Below, piece after piece: positions 40,936-51,070 of a stretch of 64,000 nucleotides of DNA. The DNA is from an uncultured bacterium (lineage in GTDB: Bacteria; Patescibacteriota; Minisyncoccia; Phycocordibacterales; UBA9973): the NCBI GenBank assembly GCA_903869825.1, contig CAIQAL010000016.1, positions 34,269-98,268 on the forward strand, given 5' to 3'. The notes under the pieces were generated by a model. That model ran no database searches. It worked only from the letters and a program-made list of their open reading frames with translations, and was not told where the DNA came from. Position 1 is the stretch's first letter. Each line of letters opens with the position of its first letter. The translations under genes and the position numbers were made by a program.

Positions 40936-41460
40936 CTATGTCCTTGGAGTAACTGCTGGAACTCCGATTAAAAACTTTCTTGGGTTTTCACAGAGGTCGA
41001 TAAAATCATCGGCAGCTTCACGCAGTTTTGAAGAAGTAGACTTCCCGAAAGAAATAACTTCGACTTGAGTCATTGTCTGCAAATATTGAACGAGCGGAAC
41101 AAAGTCCCCATCCCCAGAAACAATTACAATCGTATCGAGTCGCGGTGCGGTTTTAATCGCATCCACGGCAAGTCCTACATCCCAGTCCCCTTTTTTGGTT
41201 CCGGTATGAAAGATTTGCAAGTCTTTAGTTTTGGTTTCTATTCCAAGTTTTGTAAGTGCTTCAAAAAAATGTTTTTCATCGCCTGCTTCGGTCGTGATAA
41301 CGTACGCCACAGCGTGAACTAATTTTCTTCCGGCCACCGCTTCTTTAAGCACGGCGCCAAAATTTACTCTTGCTTTGTATAAATTACGAGCGGAGTGATA
41401 TAGATTTTGAGTATCAATAAAAACTCCGACTCTTTGTTCTTTATGTTTAATTACTGTCAT
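40936..41460 (-). CDS. NYN domain (LabA/DUF88) protein
   Basis: FIDTQN, KGDWDV, VSGDGDF. Confidence 0.92.
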   Translation of the reverse strand: MTVIKHKEQRVGVFIDTQNLYHSARNLYKARVNFGAVLKEAVAGRKLVHAVAYVITTEAGDEKHFFEALTKLGIETKTKDLQIFHTGTKKGDWDVGLAVDAIKTAPRLDTIVIVSGDGDFVPLVQYLQTMTQVEVISFGKSTSSKLREAADDFIDLCENPRKFLIGVPAVTPRT

Positions 41461-41553
41461 AAAAATAAAAATATTAAGTTAATAAAATCGACCAATGCTA
41501 ATTATAGCATGCGGTTCTTTGGAATGTTTTACTAAGAGATAAGTCAAAAAATC

Positions 41554-41817
41554 TTAATCAAGATTCATTTTCTTCATGAGGGCATTGTAGCGAGCTTTGT
41601 CTTTTCGTTCCAAATATTTCAAGTGAGTCCTTCTGTCGGCCACCATCTTGATGAGCCCTCGACGGGAATGATTGTCTTTTTTGTGTTTCTTTAAGTGTTT
41701 GGTAAGTTCTGTAATCTGGACGGACAAAACTGCCACCTGAACCTCGGTCGAGCCTGTGTCTTTGTCGTGAACCTGATTTTTCTTGATAATTACCTGTTTT
41801 TTCTTAGTAGCTAACAT
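41554..41817 (-). CDS. rpsO: 30S ribosomal protein S15
   Basis: [21 protein letters not shown]. Confidence 0.98.
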   Translation of the reverse strand: MLATKKKQVIIKKNQVHDKDTGSTEVQVAVLSVQITELTKHLKKHKKDNHSRRGLIKMVADRRTHLKYLERKDKARYNALMKKMNLD

Positions 41818-41912
41818 ATTTATATCTTAGCATAAACCCATTAAAATTGCAAGCTGCCCACTTTCGGACCTATGTCGCACAATATTTTAATTAATTATGT
41901 TAAAATTAAAAA

Positions 41913-42842
41913 ATGGCAACCGAGATAGACACCTTAAAAAGAGAATTTTTGGAATACTTGGAAATCGAAAAAGGTTCAAGTTTAAATACTGTCGAAAATT
42001 ACGAAAGGTATCTTACTCGTTTTTTTGAATTTGCCCAAGAAAAAAATCAGCTAAAAAACGCAGACGGAATTACTGATTCTCTTGTCCGAGAATTTCGACT
42101 CTACTTAAATCGTCAATCAGCCGGCAACAACCGGGCAACTGGAAAAACCTTATCAAAAAAAACCCAAAACTATTACTTGATTGCCCTTCGGATGTTTTTA
42201 AAATATTTGACCAAACGAAATATCAAATCCATGCACGCTGATCAGATCGACCTGGCAAAAGTTTCCGAACGCTCGCTTGACCTCATTACCGGAATGGAAC
42301 TCTCGAAACTTTTGAAGGCACCCGATGGCTCAGATATTAAATCTGTCCGCGACAAAGCAATCCTAGAACTTTTATTCTCAACTGGTTTGCGAGTGTCAGA
42401 ACTTTGCTCCCTTACGAATGATTTAGATTTGTCCGCAGATGAATTTTCAATCCGCGGAAAAGGTGGAAAGGTCCGAGTTGTTTTTATGTCAGAAGAAGCT
42501 CGCAGTGCAATAAAAAAATATCTGGTTCTCCGAAAAGATATGGCTGATGCTCTTTTTGTTCAAGTCGGAAACGAAGTATTAAAAAAAGAAAGCAAGCCTC
42601 TAACTCGAAGATCAATTGAGAGAATTGTGAAACAATATGCCATCAAGGCTGGAATTTCAAAAAAAGTTACCCCGCACATTATCCGACACTGTTTTGCCAC
42701 TGACTTACTTTCAAATGGCGCCGACATCCGAAGCGTCCAAATGATGCTCGGCCACTCTAACATCGCCACCACCCAGATTTATACCCACGTGACAGACAAG
42801 CAATTATTAGATGTCCACAAAAAGTTTCACTCAAAAAAATAG
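41913..42842 (+). CDS. XerC/XerD-type tyrosine recombinase
   Basis: TGLRVSEL, GKGGK, TPHIIRH, LGHSNIATTQIYTHV. Confidence 0.95.
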   Translation: MATEIDTLKREFLEYLEIEKGSSLNTVENYERYLTRFFEFAQEKNQLKNADGITDSLVREFRLYLNRQSAGNNRATGKTLSKKTQNYYLIALRMFLKYLTKRNIKSMHADQIDLAKVSERSLDLITGMELSKLLKAPDGSDIKSVRDKAILELLFSTGLRVSELCSLTNDLDLSADEFSIRGKGGKVRVVFMSEEARSAIKKYLVLRKDMADALFVQVGNEVLKKESKPLTRRSIERIVKQYAIKAGISKKVTPHIIRHCFATDLLSNGADIRSVQMMLGHSNIATTQIYTHVTDKQLLDVHKKFHSKK

Positions 42843-42848
42843 CCATGT

Positions 42849-44528
42849 TTAATAGTTGGGAAGATTAATGTCTTTTCCACCAACAGAAAGACTGTAGGCT
42901 AATGGCTCACCTCCAGACTTTATTTGGTCAGTTTTACTGAAACCGAAACTTATTTGTTCGGTATCGTCTACGTGAATTTTTTTTACATCCACTTCTTCGT
43001 TGTTGATATCGTCATATCTTTGGACGTAGGCCTTTGAACTTGCTGCCAATTTTTCAAATTTTTTCTTTAATGAATAAAATGCTCCACCATCTTTTGTAAA
43101 GTTTTTTACCAAACCATCTAAGCTAAGTTCCGCTACGCCGGTTTTTCCATTTTCACCGTGGTAGTAAAGTAAGAAAACTACATCTACCCCTTTTGTTTTA
43201 GAGAGTTCTTTCATTTCCACCAACTTGTTATAGGAAACATCGTGCAAAGATTCATCTGTATTTACCAATATGAGTCTTTTGTCATCCGGGCTCTTCTGGG
43301 AATTATATTTTTTTAAAACTTCAATAGTGCAACTGATTGGTTTTTCTCTATTGCCACCGTTGTTAGGTATTTTTTGAAGGCTAACCGCTCCTTTTTTCAT
43401 ATCTTCCGCCTTACTGTAATGACTGACTTGGTCAGAGTATGCGGCACTTGAAACTATTGTCCCCTCTGAATAACGATCTATCATATTTTTTGCCATTTCT
43501 TGTTTTGCCACTGCCATAGAAGGACTATTGTCCATTAAAATAAAAATATCTTTATATTTTTCGAATACTGGTATATTACTTTTCTCAATGATTATAGGCG
43601 GTGTCCCGGGAATAAGCACGACTGGTTTGCTTGGAACTGGTTTTATGTCTTCCTCTTCCGCCATAAGATTAACTTTTACATATCGACAACTTTCAAGCAA
43701 CTTAAGGTATTTTTCTGAATCTTCTTTTTTCATTTTTTCTATTTCTGATTCGGTATAGTTTTCTCCGGTCGTAGGATTTTTTAAATCCGTTAGGTAGGTC
43801 ACCCCTTTCTCCGAACCATTTTTACTCTCCGCAATAATATGTTTAAAATTTTTATTTTTTAGGGTCTTTATTTGTTCTTCGGTAAGTCCTGAATGGGAAA
43901 AATCATGTTCACTAATTTCCTGTTTTATTATTTTTTCGCCCATTTCAACTCTGGCATTACTCAATTCATAATTTCCTCCCGACCATTTATTGGTCAGTCT
44001 TTCATCGCTAGAAGCATATATTTCCCAAGGATGCTGCATTAAATCATCAAAGTTTACTGGATTGATGTGACTAAGAAAATCACTTACCATTTGCTTAATC
44101 CCTTCCGCGTGGGCATCAGAAATATCAGCTTTGTCAGTTTCATAGCTGTTGCTCAAGTCCAACTTGGCGATATTAGCCATTTGTTCCGGACTAGCCTCCG
44201 CCGGATTATATGGCTCTAGATTGAAAGTTTTTTCATCACCCCCCTTCAACTTTTTTTCGATACCCACTTCCGTATTAAATTTTTTTGTATCCGAAACAGG
44301 CTTACTTGGTCCAGCGGCCTGAGCTTGTGACGCAAATTTTAAAAACAATATCACAGCAACAAATATTACCCTCCCTTTTTTGCTCCGAACCCAATTTATA
44401 TACCGGTTATTGCTTCTATAGCTTGCTGCTTCTTTCTCCCCCAAAAATCCGTCAATGGTATCGTTAAACTCCTTAATTTCCTGTGGAGAATTCTCTATAT
44501 CTTCTACATTATTTGAATAAAATTCCAT
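42849..44528 (-). CDS. membrane-anchored protein with OmpA-like and VWA-like domains
   Basis: TM then AQA; YETDKADI..NYELSNARV..RYVKV; ILMDNSPSM MIDAS, VNTDE. Confidence 0.65.
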   Translation of the reverse strand: MEFYSNNVEDIENSPQEIKEFNDTIDGFLGEKEAASYRSNNRYINWVRSKKGRVIFVAVILFLKFASQAQAAGPSKPVSDTKKFNTEVGIEKKLKGGDEKTFNLEPYNPAEASPEQMANIAKLDLSNSYETDKADISDAHAEGIKQMVSDFLSHINPVNFDDLMQHPWEIYASSDERLTNKWSGGNYELSNARVEMGEKIIKQEISEHDFSHSGLTEEQIKTLKNKNFKHIIAESKNGSEKGVTYLTDLKNPTTGENYTESEIEKMKKEDSEKYLKLLESCRYVKVNLMAEEEDIKPVPSKPVVLIPGTPPIIIEKSNIPVFEKYKDIFILMDNSPSMAVAKQEMAKNMIDRYSEGTIVSSAAYSDQVSHYSKAEDMKKGAVSLQKIPNNGGNREKPISCTIEVLKKYNSQKSPDDKRLILVNTDESLHDVSYNKLVEMKELSKTKGVDVVFLLYYHGENGKTGVAELSLDGLVKNFTKDGGAFYSLKKKFEKLAASSKAYVQRYDDINNEEVDVKKIHVDDTEQISFGFSKTDQIKSGGEPLAYSLSVGGKDINLPNY

Positions 44529-44599
44529 CTATTTATTATACCACCCATTAGAATAAGTATTAAAATGGTTGTTTAAGGACATTGTGATATTATTATTAT

Positions 44600-45364
44600 A
44601 TGAAAATCATTTCTTGGAACGTAAATGGCCTAAGGGCAGTAGTCAAAAGAGGAGACTTTTTACCTTTATTCAAAGGTAGTCCTGATATTGTCTGCCTACA
44701 AGAAACCAAAGCCGAACCGGAACAATTGCCTGAAGATGTTCGAAACTTGCCTGGCTACTATTGTTATTTTTCGCATCCAAAAATCAAGAAAGGTTACAGC
44801 GGTGTAGCGATTTATTCAAAAGAAAAACCCAAAGAAATCCTCTATGGGATGGGAGTGAAAAAACTAGACGACGAAGGAAGGCTCTTAGTTGTTAAATTTA
44901 AAAACTTTACTTTAATAAACGGCTATTACCCGAACGGCGGACAAGGACCGGAGCGTTTGAAATATAAATTGGAATTCTATGAGGCATTCTTAAAATTTAT
45001 TAAAAAACTTCGCAAGAATGGCGAACACGTTATCTTTTGCGGTGACATAAATACAGCTCACACAGAAATAGACCTTGCCCGACCAAAAGAAAATGCAGAA
45101 AACACTGGTTTCCTGCCGATTGAACGTGCTTGGCTTGATAAAGTAGTCAAAAATGATTTCGTGGATACTTTTCGAAAATTTTATCCAGAGAAAGTTGATG
45201 CTTATACTTATTGGGACCAAAAATCCCGTGCCCGAGACCGAAACGTCGGCTGGCGTATTGATTATTTTTTTGTAAGTAAAGAAATAATCCCAAAAATTAA
45301 AAACACCGGAATACTCTCCGACTATTACGGGAGCGACCATTGCCCTATTTGGTTGGAAATGTAG
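44600..45364 (+). CDS. xth: exodeoxyribonuclease III / AP endonuclease
   Basis: [31 protein letters not shown]. Confidence 0.97.
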   Translation: MKIISWNVNGLRAVVKRGDFLPLFKGSPDIVCLQETKAEPEQLPEDVRNLPGYYCYFSHPKIKKGYSGVAIYSKEKPKEILYGMGVKKLDDEGRLLVVKFKNFTLINGYYPNGGQGPERLKYKLEFYEAFLKFIKKLRKNGEHVIFCGDINTAHTEIDLARPKENAENTGFLPIERAWLDKVVKNDFVDTFRKFYPEKVDAYTYWDQKSRARDRNVGWRIDYFFVSKEIIPKIKNTGILSDYYGSDHCPIWLEM

Positions 45365-45375
45365 AATAGGAGGAT

Positions 45376-45457
45376 GCCGTGGTGGCGGAATTGGTATACG
45401 CGTACGCTTCAGGAGCGTATGGAGTAATCCTTGGGAGTTCAAGTCTCCCCCACGGCA
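45376..45457 (+). tRNA. tRNA-Leu(CAG)
   Basis: GCCGTGG/CCACGGC acceptor, TACGC-TTCAGGA-GCGTA, long variable arm, TTCAAGT loop. Confidence 0.95.
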
Positions 45458-45485
45458 CAAAAAAAGTTCGTGTTATACTACTTAG

Positions 45486-46160
45486 ATGAATATCAAAAAA
45501 AGTAAAGCGATATTTTTTATCATTATTCTAATTTTTATTATTGTTGGTCTCGGGAAAAATATTTTTGCCGCTGCACTTCCAAATATCTATCCTCCATATA
45601 ACAACAACAGTAACTATTACCCTAGCAGTTATCCTTTGGTTATAACCCAAAATGCGCTAACTGTATTGAAAACTGGGGCCACCTTGGTGGCTTCAATAAA
45701 TCCAAACAACTCTTACACTATCGGATGGTTTGAGTACAGCACTTCCCCAAATTTTTACCCGACAATTCGAACAGATGACACTTCTGCTGGTGCGACAAAT
45801 TATTATTCAACTATTTCTCAAAGCCTAAACAATCTATTATCAAATACCACTTATTACTTTCGGGCGGTAGCCCGAAATAATTCGGGCACAGCCAGAGGAA
45901 ATATCTATTCCTTTACAACGCAAAAACAAGATACCTTAACAACGACCACTCCGACAACCACAAATCTTCCCACAGTGGAACCTCAAACTACAACAAAACA
46001 ACCTGAAGCAGTTAAGCCAGCGACCACAAAAAAACCAACCCCAAGCCTAAATATTCCCAAAATAAATATTTCTAAAAATACTCTTCTTGTTTTTTTGGGA
46101 ATAATAGTATTTATTATTCTAATCGGCTACCTTTTTGCCAAAAATCGAGGAAGGCATTAA
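45486..46160 (+). CDS. surface protein with FN3-like domain, Thr/Pro linker and C-terminal TM
   Basis: WFEY..NTTYYFRAVARN..G..SFTT; N- and C-terminal hydrophobic helices. Confidence 0.78.
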   Translation: MNIKKSKAIFFIIILIFIIVGLGKNIFAAALPNIYPPYNNNSNYYPSSYPLVITQNALTVLKTGATLVASINPNNSYTIGWFEYSTSPNFYPTIRTDDTSAGATNYYSTISQSLNNLLSNTTYYFRAVARNNSGTARGNIYSFTTQKQDTLTTTTPTTTNLPTVEPQTTTKQPEAVKPATTKKPTPSLNIPKINISKNTLLVFLGIIVFIILIGYLFAKNRGRH

Positions 46161-46166
46161 AATAAT

Positions 46167-46934
46167 TTATTTTTGAAATTGTCTGGCGCCAAGCCAGGCA
46201 AGCTCAAAGACTTTTTTTTGTGCGTCGGCAATTTCTTTACTCTCCACGAGTACCGCAAACTTTTCTTTCCAGGAAACAATCAAAACTTTGTCGTTATATA
46301 TATTCGTCTCAGTGGTAAAATAAAATTTATCTCTCGGAACTACGTAAGATTCTCGTAATTCTTCTCTATCACGAGCCGTAACCTTTAAAGTGTCAGGATC
46401 ATCTGGGGCAATCACCCGCACTTTGATATTTTTTGCCACACGCCTTTTAAAATAATCTCTCAAATATTCCTCCCCCACCGCAGTAAAAGCATCTGCCCCA
46501 ACCGCGTAGCCCACAATTTCTATTTTGGCAGAGAGCGTATCATTAAATGCCTCCTTTACTCTTTCAACTCCCTCAAAAAATTTTATTTTTGGTTTTTCTT
46601 TTTCATTAAATACTGAAAAAAGCTCTGGCAAAAGATCATATGCTTTTTTTAATTTCTCCTTGCCTTGTTTTATTTTATTTTCCAAAAAAACTATCACTTT
46701 GTCCGGGTTTTCAGCTACATATTTTTGTATTTTTGCGTCTCCGAGTGGATTTACTAGCCCATCATTTACCAAAGACTCCAAAATGTCATACCCGGTTGTA
46801 CGATTTATTTTTGCCACCCGTGAAATCTCAGAGGTAGTAGCAGGTCCAAGCTCAAGCAAGGCCAAATACACACTCGCCTCTTTGTCACTAAAACCTAATT
46901 CAGTTAATTGATTTTTCGCTATGATATACCCCAA
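46167..46934 (-). CDS. TrmB-family transcriptional regulator
   Basis: LGFSDKEASVYLALLELG, NRTTGYDILESL wHTH; C-terminal IYNDKVLIVSW; start uncertain. Confidence 0.88.
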   Translation of the reverse strand: MGYIIAKNQLTELGFSDKEASVYLALLELGPATTSEISRVAKINRTTGYDILESLVNDGLVNPLGDAKIQKYVAENPDKVIVFLENKIKQGKEKLKKAYDLLPELFSVFNEKEKPKIKFFEGVERVKEAFNDTLSAKIEIVGYAVGADAFTAVGEEYLRDYFKRRVAKNIKVRVIAPDDPDTLKVTARDREELRESYVVPRDKFYFTTETNIYNDKVLIVSWKEKFAVLVESKEIADAQKKVFELAWLGARQFQK

Positions 46935-47053
46935 TTATACTCTTTTTTGTGTTTGTGTCAATCTTTTTCCACATTTTTTATCCAAAATATATTTATATAT
47001 TAAGGCCTGCATTTGAAATAGCAAGATTTATAAGTATTTTTTGTGGAACTAAA

Positions 47054-47082
47054 TTGACAAGCCCTTTACATTTTGCTATAAT
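47054..47082 (+). promoter_or_regulatory. consensus sigma70 promoter
   Basis: TTGACA-17nt-TATAAT with TG extension. Confidence 0.75.
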
Positions 47083-47125
47083 GTTGTCAGATAAATAAAG
47101 TTATTCACAACCAAACAAAAGAAAT

Positions 47126-47971
47126 ATGGAAACCATGCAATTAGTCAGTTCGATGTACCCGTGTCAAGATGTACCGGTCTTGGTGTTTCGACAAAGATGC
47201 ACTCACCCATGTTTATATTGCGGACTTTATAAATATCAATTCCCCGAGGATAAAATCATTACTTCAGGAAGAGATAACATCGTCCGTGAGATGAGCAAAT
47301 ACAAAGGAGCATACTTTTCTCCTGTAACTGATTGTTTCTTGCCAGAAAATTGTGAACTCACACATTATCTCTTGGAAGAAACATGGAAAATGAGTCCCAG
47401 ATGGGTCCCCTTGGTTAATACAAAGCAGATGATTCCTGAAAAAACAATCGAGTTGTTTGCACGTAAAAGTCACGAATTGGTTTTGCAAATCTCAATTCCA
47501 TCTTCTGATGAAGAACTTGTTTCTATCTTGGAGCCTGGATCTGCATTTGTTTCTAAAAGATTGGGAATGATAAAGGAACTAACGACAGCAGGAATCCCTG
47601 TAATTGTAACCATCATGCCTTGGTTTGATTTTGGCAAACCAGAAGAGCTAGCAAAAAAATTATCCAATGCTGGAGTAAAAAGAACACTCATCTTGAATGG
47701 AATTCTCACTGAAACACAACGGAAGAGGATGATTAATTCAGTTAATATGCAGATAAAATCTGTCGCTGAATCTGTCTGTTTTGTAAAAGAGGCAACCGAA
47801 AACGGATACGTACTGTCCAGGGAAAGAAGAATCAAGTCTCTAACACAATTAATTGACACCCTTACCCGATTTGGGATACTTGCCAGGGTTTGCATTTGCG
47901 ACAATCATGACTTGGGTGATACTAAATTACCATTATGCGGAAAATTCAAACATCATAACTTTGAAAACTAA
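47126..47971 (+). CDS. radical SAM protein (SPL/PA0069-like)
   Basis: CTHPCLYC CxxxCxxC, TDCF, NTK, LEPG..SKRL, GIPV. Confidence 0.8.
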   Translation: METMQLVSSMYPCQDVPVLVFRQRCTHPCLYCGLYKYQFPEDKIITSGRDNIVREMSKYKGAYFSPVTDCFLPENCELTHYLLEETWKMSPRWVPLVNTKQMIPEKTIELFARKSHELVLQISIPSSDEELVSILEPGSAFVSKRLGMIKELTTAGIPVIVTIMPWFDFGKPEELAKKLSNAGVKRTLILNGILTETQRKRMINSVNMQIKSVAESVCFVKEATENGYVLSRERRIKSLTQLIDTLTRFGILARVCICDNHDLGDTKLPLCGKFKHHNFEN

Positions 47972-47976
47972 AACTT

Positions 47977-48303
47977 ATGGCAACATTTTTTATTTTTTAC
48001 GGATTAATTGAAGCAGCAAACTCTTGGTACATTTATGTTTGCAGAAAGAAAAATATGTACAATCTTTATGTAACATTTATTTGGGGCATGAGCTTCGTAT
48101 TGGTTGGCTTAATCGAGATACATCACTTACACCGACCTTGGAACATTCTGGCTTATACATTGTTTGGACTAACTTGGTTCCCAATGATGTTTACTCCTTG
48201 TGGGGTATCAATCTTTCGGATAGACAAAACAACAATGTTTATCCGAAAAATTATATTCCTTATTATCGGAGTTTCTCAATTTCTTTATGTTTATTTTATG
48301 TAA
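47977..48303 (+). CDS. small multi-pass membrane protein
   Basis: 3-4 hydrophobic helices; starts 5 nt after the radical SAM stop. Confidence 0.65.
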   Translation: MATFFIFYGLIEAANSWYIYVCRKKNMYNLYVTFIWGMSFVLVGLIEIHHLHRPWNILAYTLFGLTWFPMMFTPCGVSIFRIDKTTMFIRKIIFLIIGVSQFLYVYFM

Positions 48304-48306
48304 TTC

Positions 48307-48343
48307 AAAAAGAGAAGATCCCGTAAGATCTCTTCTCTTTTTT
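48307..48343. terminator. bidirectional terminator
   Basis: AAAAGAGAAGATC..GATCTCTTCTCTTTTTT. Confidence 0.7.
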
Positions 48344-48349
48344 TATTTC

Positions 48350-49165
48350 CTATAGTTTCACCAATTCTGGTCTCACGTCTCTGCCGAACCACTGACTCGT
48401 GAGCTTTTCTACGTTTTTGGTTATGTCCGTGACTAAAATTCTTGCCATTTTATTTTTCGCTAATTTTTTAGTAATTTCTGGATGTCTTTCAAAATATTCT
48501 TTCAACTTTTTCGGCACGATTTCATCTTGAGAAATAATTTTTACTTTTTTCCCAACAATTTTTCTTATTTCACTCTTGAAAAAGGGATAATGAGTGCACC
48601 CAAGGGCGATTGCATCTGGTTTTTGAGCCAAAAGTGGTTTCAGATATTTCACTAAAAACGGTTTCGCGAGAAGCTTCTCACCTTCTTCGGCAAGTGGAAC
48701 AAGTATTGGAGCCGAATTTTGAGAAATTTTTATTTTACTATTTAATTTTTTTATTTCAACCGAAAAGGTATTTGATAAAATCGTTCCAGTGGTGCCGATT
48801 ATTCCAACTTTTTTATATTTCGCACATTCTTCGGCTGTTGGAATCAAAACTCCTAAAACATTTCTGTCTGGCTCGTCCCGTCCTTGGCGGGGGAAATTAT
48901 TTGGCAAATACTTCTGTTGAATCTCTCGCAAAGCACGGGCAGATGCAGTATTACAAGCAATAATCACAATCGCGCAATTTTCTTTTTTAAATAAATAATC
49001 CACCCCTTCCTTGGTAAATTCGTAAACAGTCTCGTGGGATCGGTTGCCATAAGGCACTCTTTTGGTATCCCCAAGATAGACATAATCATATTTCGGCATA
49101 GCCCTCCTAATTGTTTTTGCGATAAGAAGTCCACCTACTCCCGAATCAAAAATTCCAATCTTCAT
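48350..49165 (-). CDS. murI: glutamate racemase
   Basis: FDSGVGGL, PYG, ACNTAS, LGCTHYP. Confidence 0.97.
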   Translation of the reverse strand: MKIGIFDSGVGGLLIAKTIRRAMPKYDYVYLGDTKRVPYGNRSHETVYEFTKEGVDYLFKKENCAIVIIACNTASARALREIQQKYLPNNFPRQGRDEPDRNVLGVLIPTAEECAKYKKVGIIGTTGTILSNTFSVEIKKLNSKIKISQNSAPILVPLAEEGEKLLAKPFLVKYLKPLLAQKPDAIALGCTHYPFFKSEIRKIVGKKVKIISQDEIVPKKLKEYFERHPEITKKLAKNKMARILVTDITKNVEKLTSQWFGRDVRPELVKL

Positions 49166-49275
49166 ATAAATTTATCTTAGCATGGTTTTCTTCTCCTTTT
49201 CCCGTTGCATTTTTTTTGAATATGTGCTATAATAGAGGCATTATTTACTAGTATAATTATGTTTAAATTATTTTC

Positions 49276-49572
49276 ATGATTAAACGAATTGAGTGCTCGG
49301 TTTCAGCCGAAAGAGTCGGATACAACTACCTACTTTGGATTTCCAAATTAGCCATAAATTTAGGCATAAAAGGAAATGCCTGTATCCGCAACGATGGAAG
49401 CATCGGAATTATCGCGGAAGCTGATGATGAAGTTTTGGCTAGTTTTATCGAAAAAGTTAAACGAGGTCACCCTATTTTTCATATGTTTGTAACCATTGAC
49501 AATTTTTTCGTAAAATGGCACGAGCCAAAAAACGACTACACTGATTTTTCAGTCACATTAAAAGAAGCTTAA
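49276..49572 (+). CDS. acylphosphatase-like protein (degenerate)
   Basis: LGIKG..NDGSI..AE and size match AcyP, but GxVQGVGFR is lost. Confidence 0.6.
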   Translation: MIKRIECSVSAERVGYNYLLWISKLAINLGIKGNACIRNDGSIGIIAEADDEVLASFIEKVKRGHPIFHMFVTIDNFFVKWHEPKNDYTDFSVTLKEA

Positions 49573-49576
49573 ATTC

Positions 49577-50209
49577 CTATTTCAAAATTTTGACACTAGT
49601 TTGATTGTTGTCACAAACTTTTCTCTTTTTAAACATTGCCCAAAAAATTGGGACCAAGGTTATCAAGAAAAGAAATCCAGTCACTGGCATTACGTATTTA
49701 TGTATCGTTGGAAATTGACTACCAAAAAAGTATCCAACAGACATTACGACACTAGGCCACAAAATCGCTCCTAAAATATTAAATCTCAAGAAAGGACTCC
49801 ATTTCATATTTCCCACACCTGCAAGTATTGGCACAAAAGTTCGAACTACTGGGACAAAGCGACCAAAGGCCACCGCCCAAGCGCCATATTTTTTATAAAA
49901 TTTTTTTGTCCGTTCCAAATTACTCGGGTCAAATAAAAACGAACCCTCTTTAAAGAAAATCTTCTCTCCGACTTTTTTGCCAAACAAATACCCGACAAGT
50001 CCACCCAAAAATGTCGCAATGACAAGCACTGGCCACGCTATCCCGATACTCAAAATCCGAGCAGAGGCTAAAAAACCAACAGTAAAAATCAAAGTATCTC
50101 CCGGTAAAAAAAACGCAAAGAAAAATCCCGACTCTAAAAAAATAACCGAAAAAATTCCGAGATACCCAAAACTATTTATCAAAAATTCAGGATTTAAAAT
50201 ATTATGCAT
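49577..50209 (-). CDS. DedA family protein
   Basis: FLESG..FLPGD, GRFVPVVRTF. Confidence 0.93.
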   Translation of the reverse strand: MHNILNPEFLINSFGYLGIFSVIFLESGFFFAFFLPGDTLIFTVGFLASARILSIGIAWPVLVIATFLGGLVGYLFGKKVGEKIFFKEGSFLFDPSNLERTKKFYKKYGAWAVAFGRFVPVVRTFVPILAGVGNMKWSPFLRFNILGAILWPSVVMSVGYFFGSQFPTIHKYVMPVTGFLFLITLVPIFWAMFKKRKVCDNNQTSVKILK

Positions 50210-50259
50210 TCGTTATCTTTTCAACTATAGAAAAACCTTAAAATTAAGCTAAGCTTGAA

Positions 50260-50997
50260 TTATCTGAAAAAACTTTCGTAAAGACGGAATGACATGGGGA
50301 GAACAATCTGAAGAACTAAATAAGCCAACAAGAGCCAGACCCAAATACTTAATCTTTTTTCCTTTCCTTCTGGGATCTGAACCTGGAGAGGATTTTCTAT
50401 TTCAGGATGTTTGTTGCTGAACAATCTGTAAAAGATGGCAGTTAAAACACTTAATGTTCCATTAATTATTGCTATCGCCCCTAATACTCTGTAAAACATT
50501 TCTCCAAAATATTCTTTTAAATTGTCTAAGTAAATTATTGGCATTAACATTAAGGCAACTAAGATTATAAAAATATAATTTGCGTAAATAACCATGTCCA
50601 TATATTTTTCTTTTCCTGAAGCCTTAGACAAAATGTTTCCATGAAGAGAAGCAAATGCTATGACAAAATATGTTTGATATAAATGCCAGACCATGTCTCC
50701 AGGAATAACTTTCCAAATACCAAAGAGCGAAGTAAGAAAACTGACAACAATAAGAGCAAATACCACATTTATAAAAAAAGAAAGTCTTTCAAAAATATTT
50801 TCTCTTTGGTCATTCCAGACAAAGCCCAGACTAACCAAAGAATGAATTACGACCATAAAAAGGGTCGCGAAAACCCTAGCAGTAACCTCGTTAAACTCAC
50901 CAACTAAAACGGTTACAACTGCGACCAACGCTGACACTATTAAGCTCCCAATCAAACTGACAATAAAAAACTTTTTAAAACTTGCAAAGTTTGTCAT
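50260..50997 (-). CDS. multi-pass membrane hypothetical protein
   Basis: about 7 TM helices. Confidence 0.75.
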   Translation of the reverse strand: MTNFASFKKFFIVSLIGSLIVSALVAVVTVLVGEFNEVTARVFATLFMVVIHSLVSLGFVWNDQRENIFERLSFFINVVFALIVVSFLTSLFGIWKVIPGDMVWHLYQTYFVIAFASLHGNILSKASGKEKYMDMVIYANYIFIILVALMLMPIIYLDNLKEYFGEMFYRVLGAIAIINGTLSVLTAIFYRLFSNKHPEIENPLQVQIPEGKEKRLSIWVWLLLAYLVLQIVLPMSFRLYESFFR

Positions 50998-51070
50998 AAA
51001 ATGATTTTTACTTTATTAATAATAATTATTACAATACGGCTATCATAACATCTTCCTTCCCAAAATGTTT

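Noticed and set aside
41913-45457. Integrative element from the tyrosine recombinase to tRNA-Leu
   Set aside because: Recombinase looks like housekeeping Xer, no att duplication of the tRNA 3' end was seen, and xth lies between
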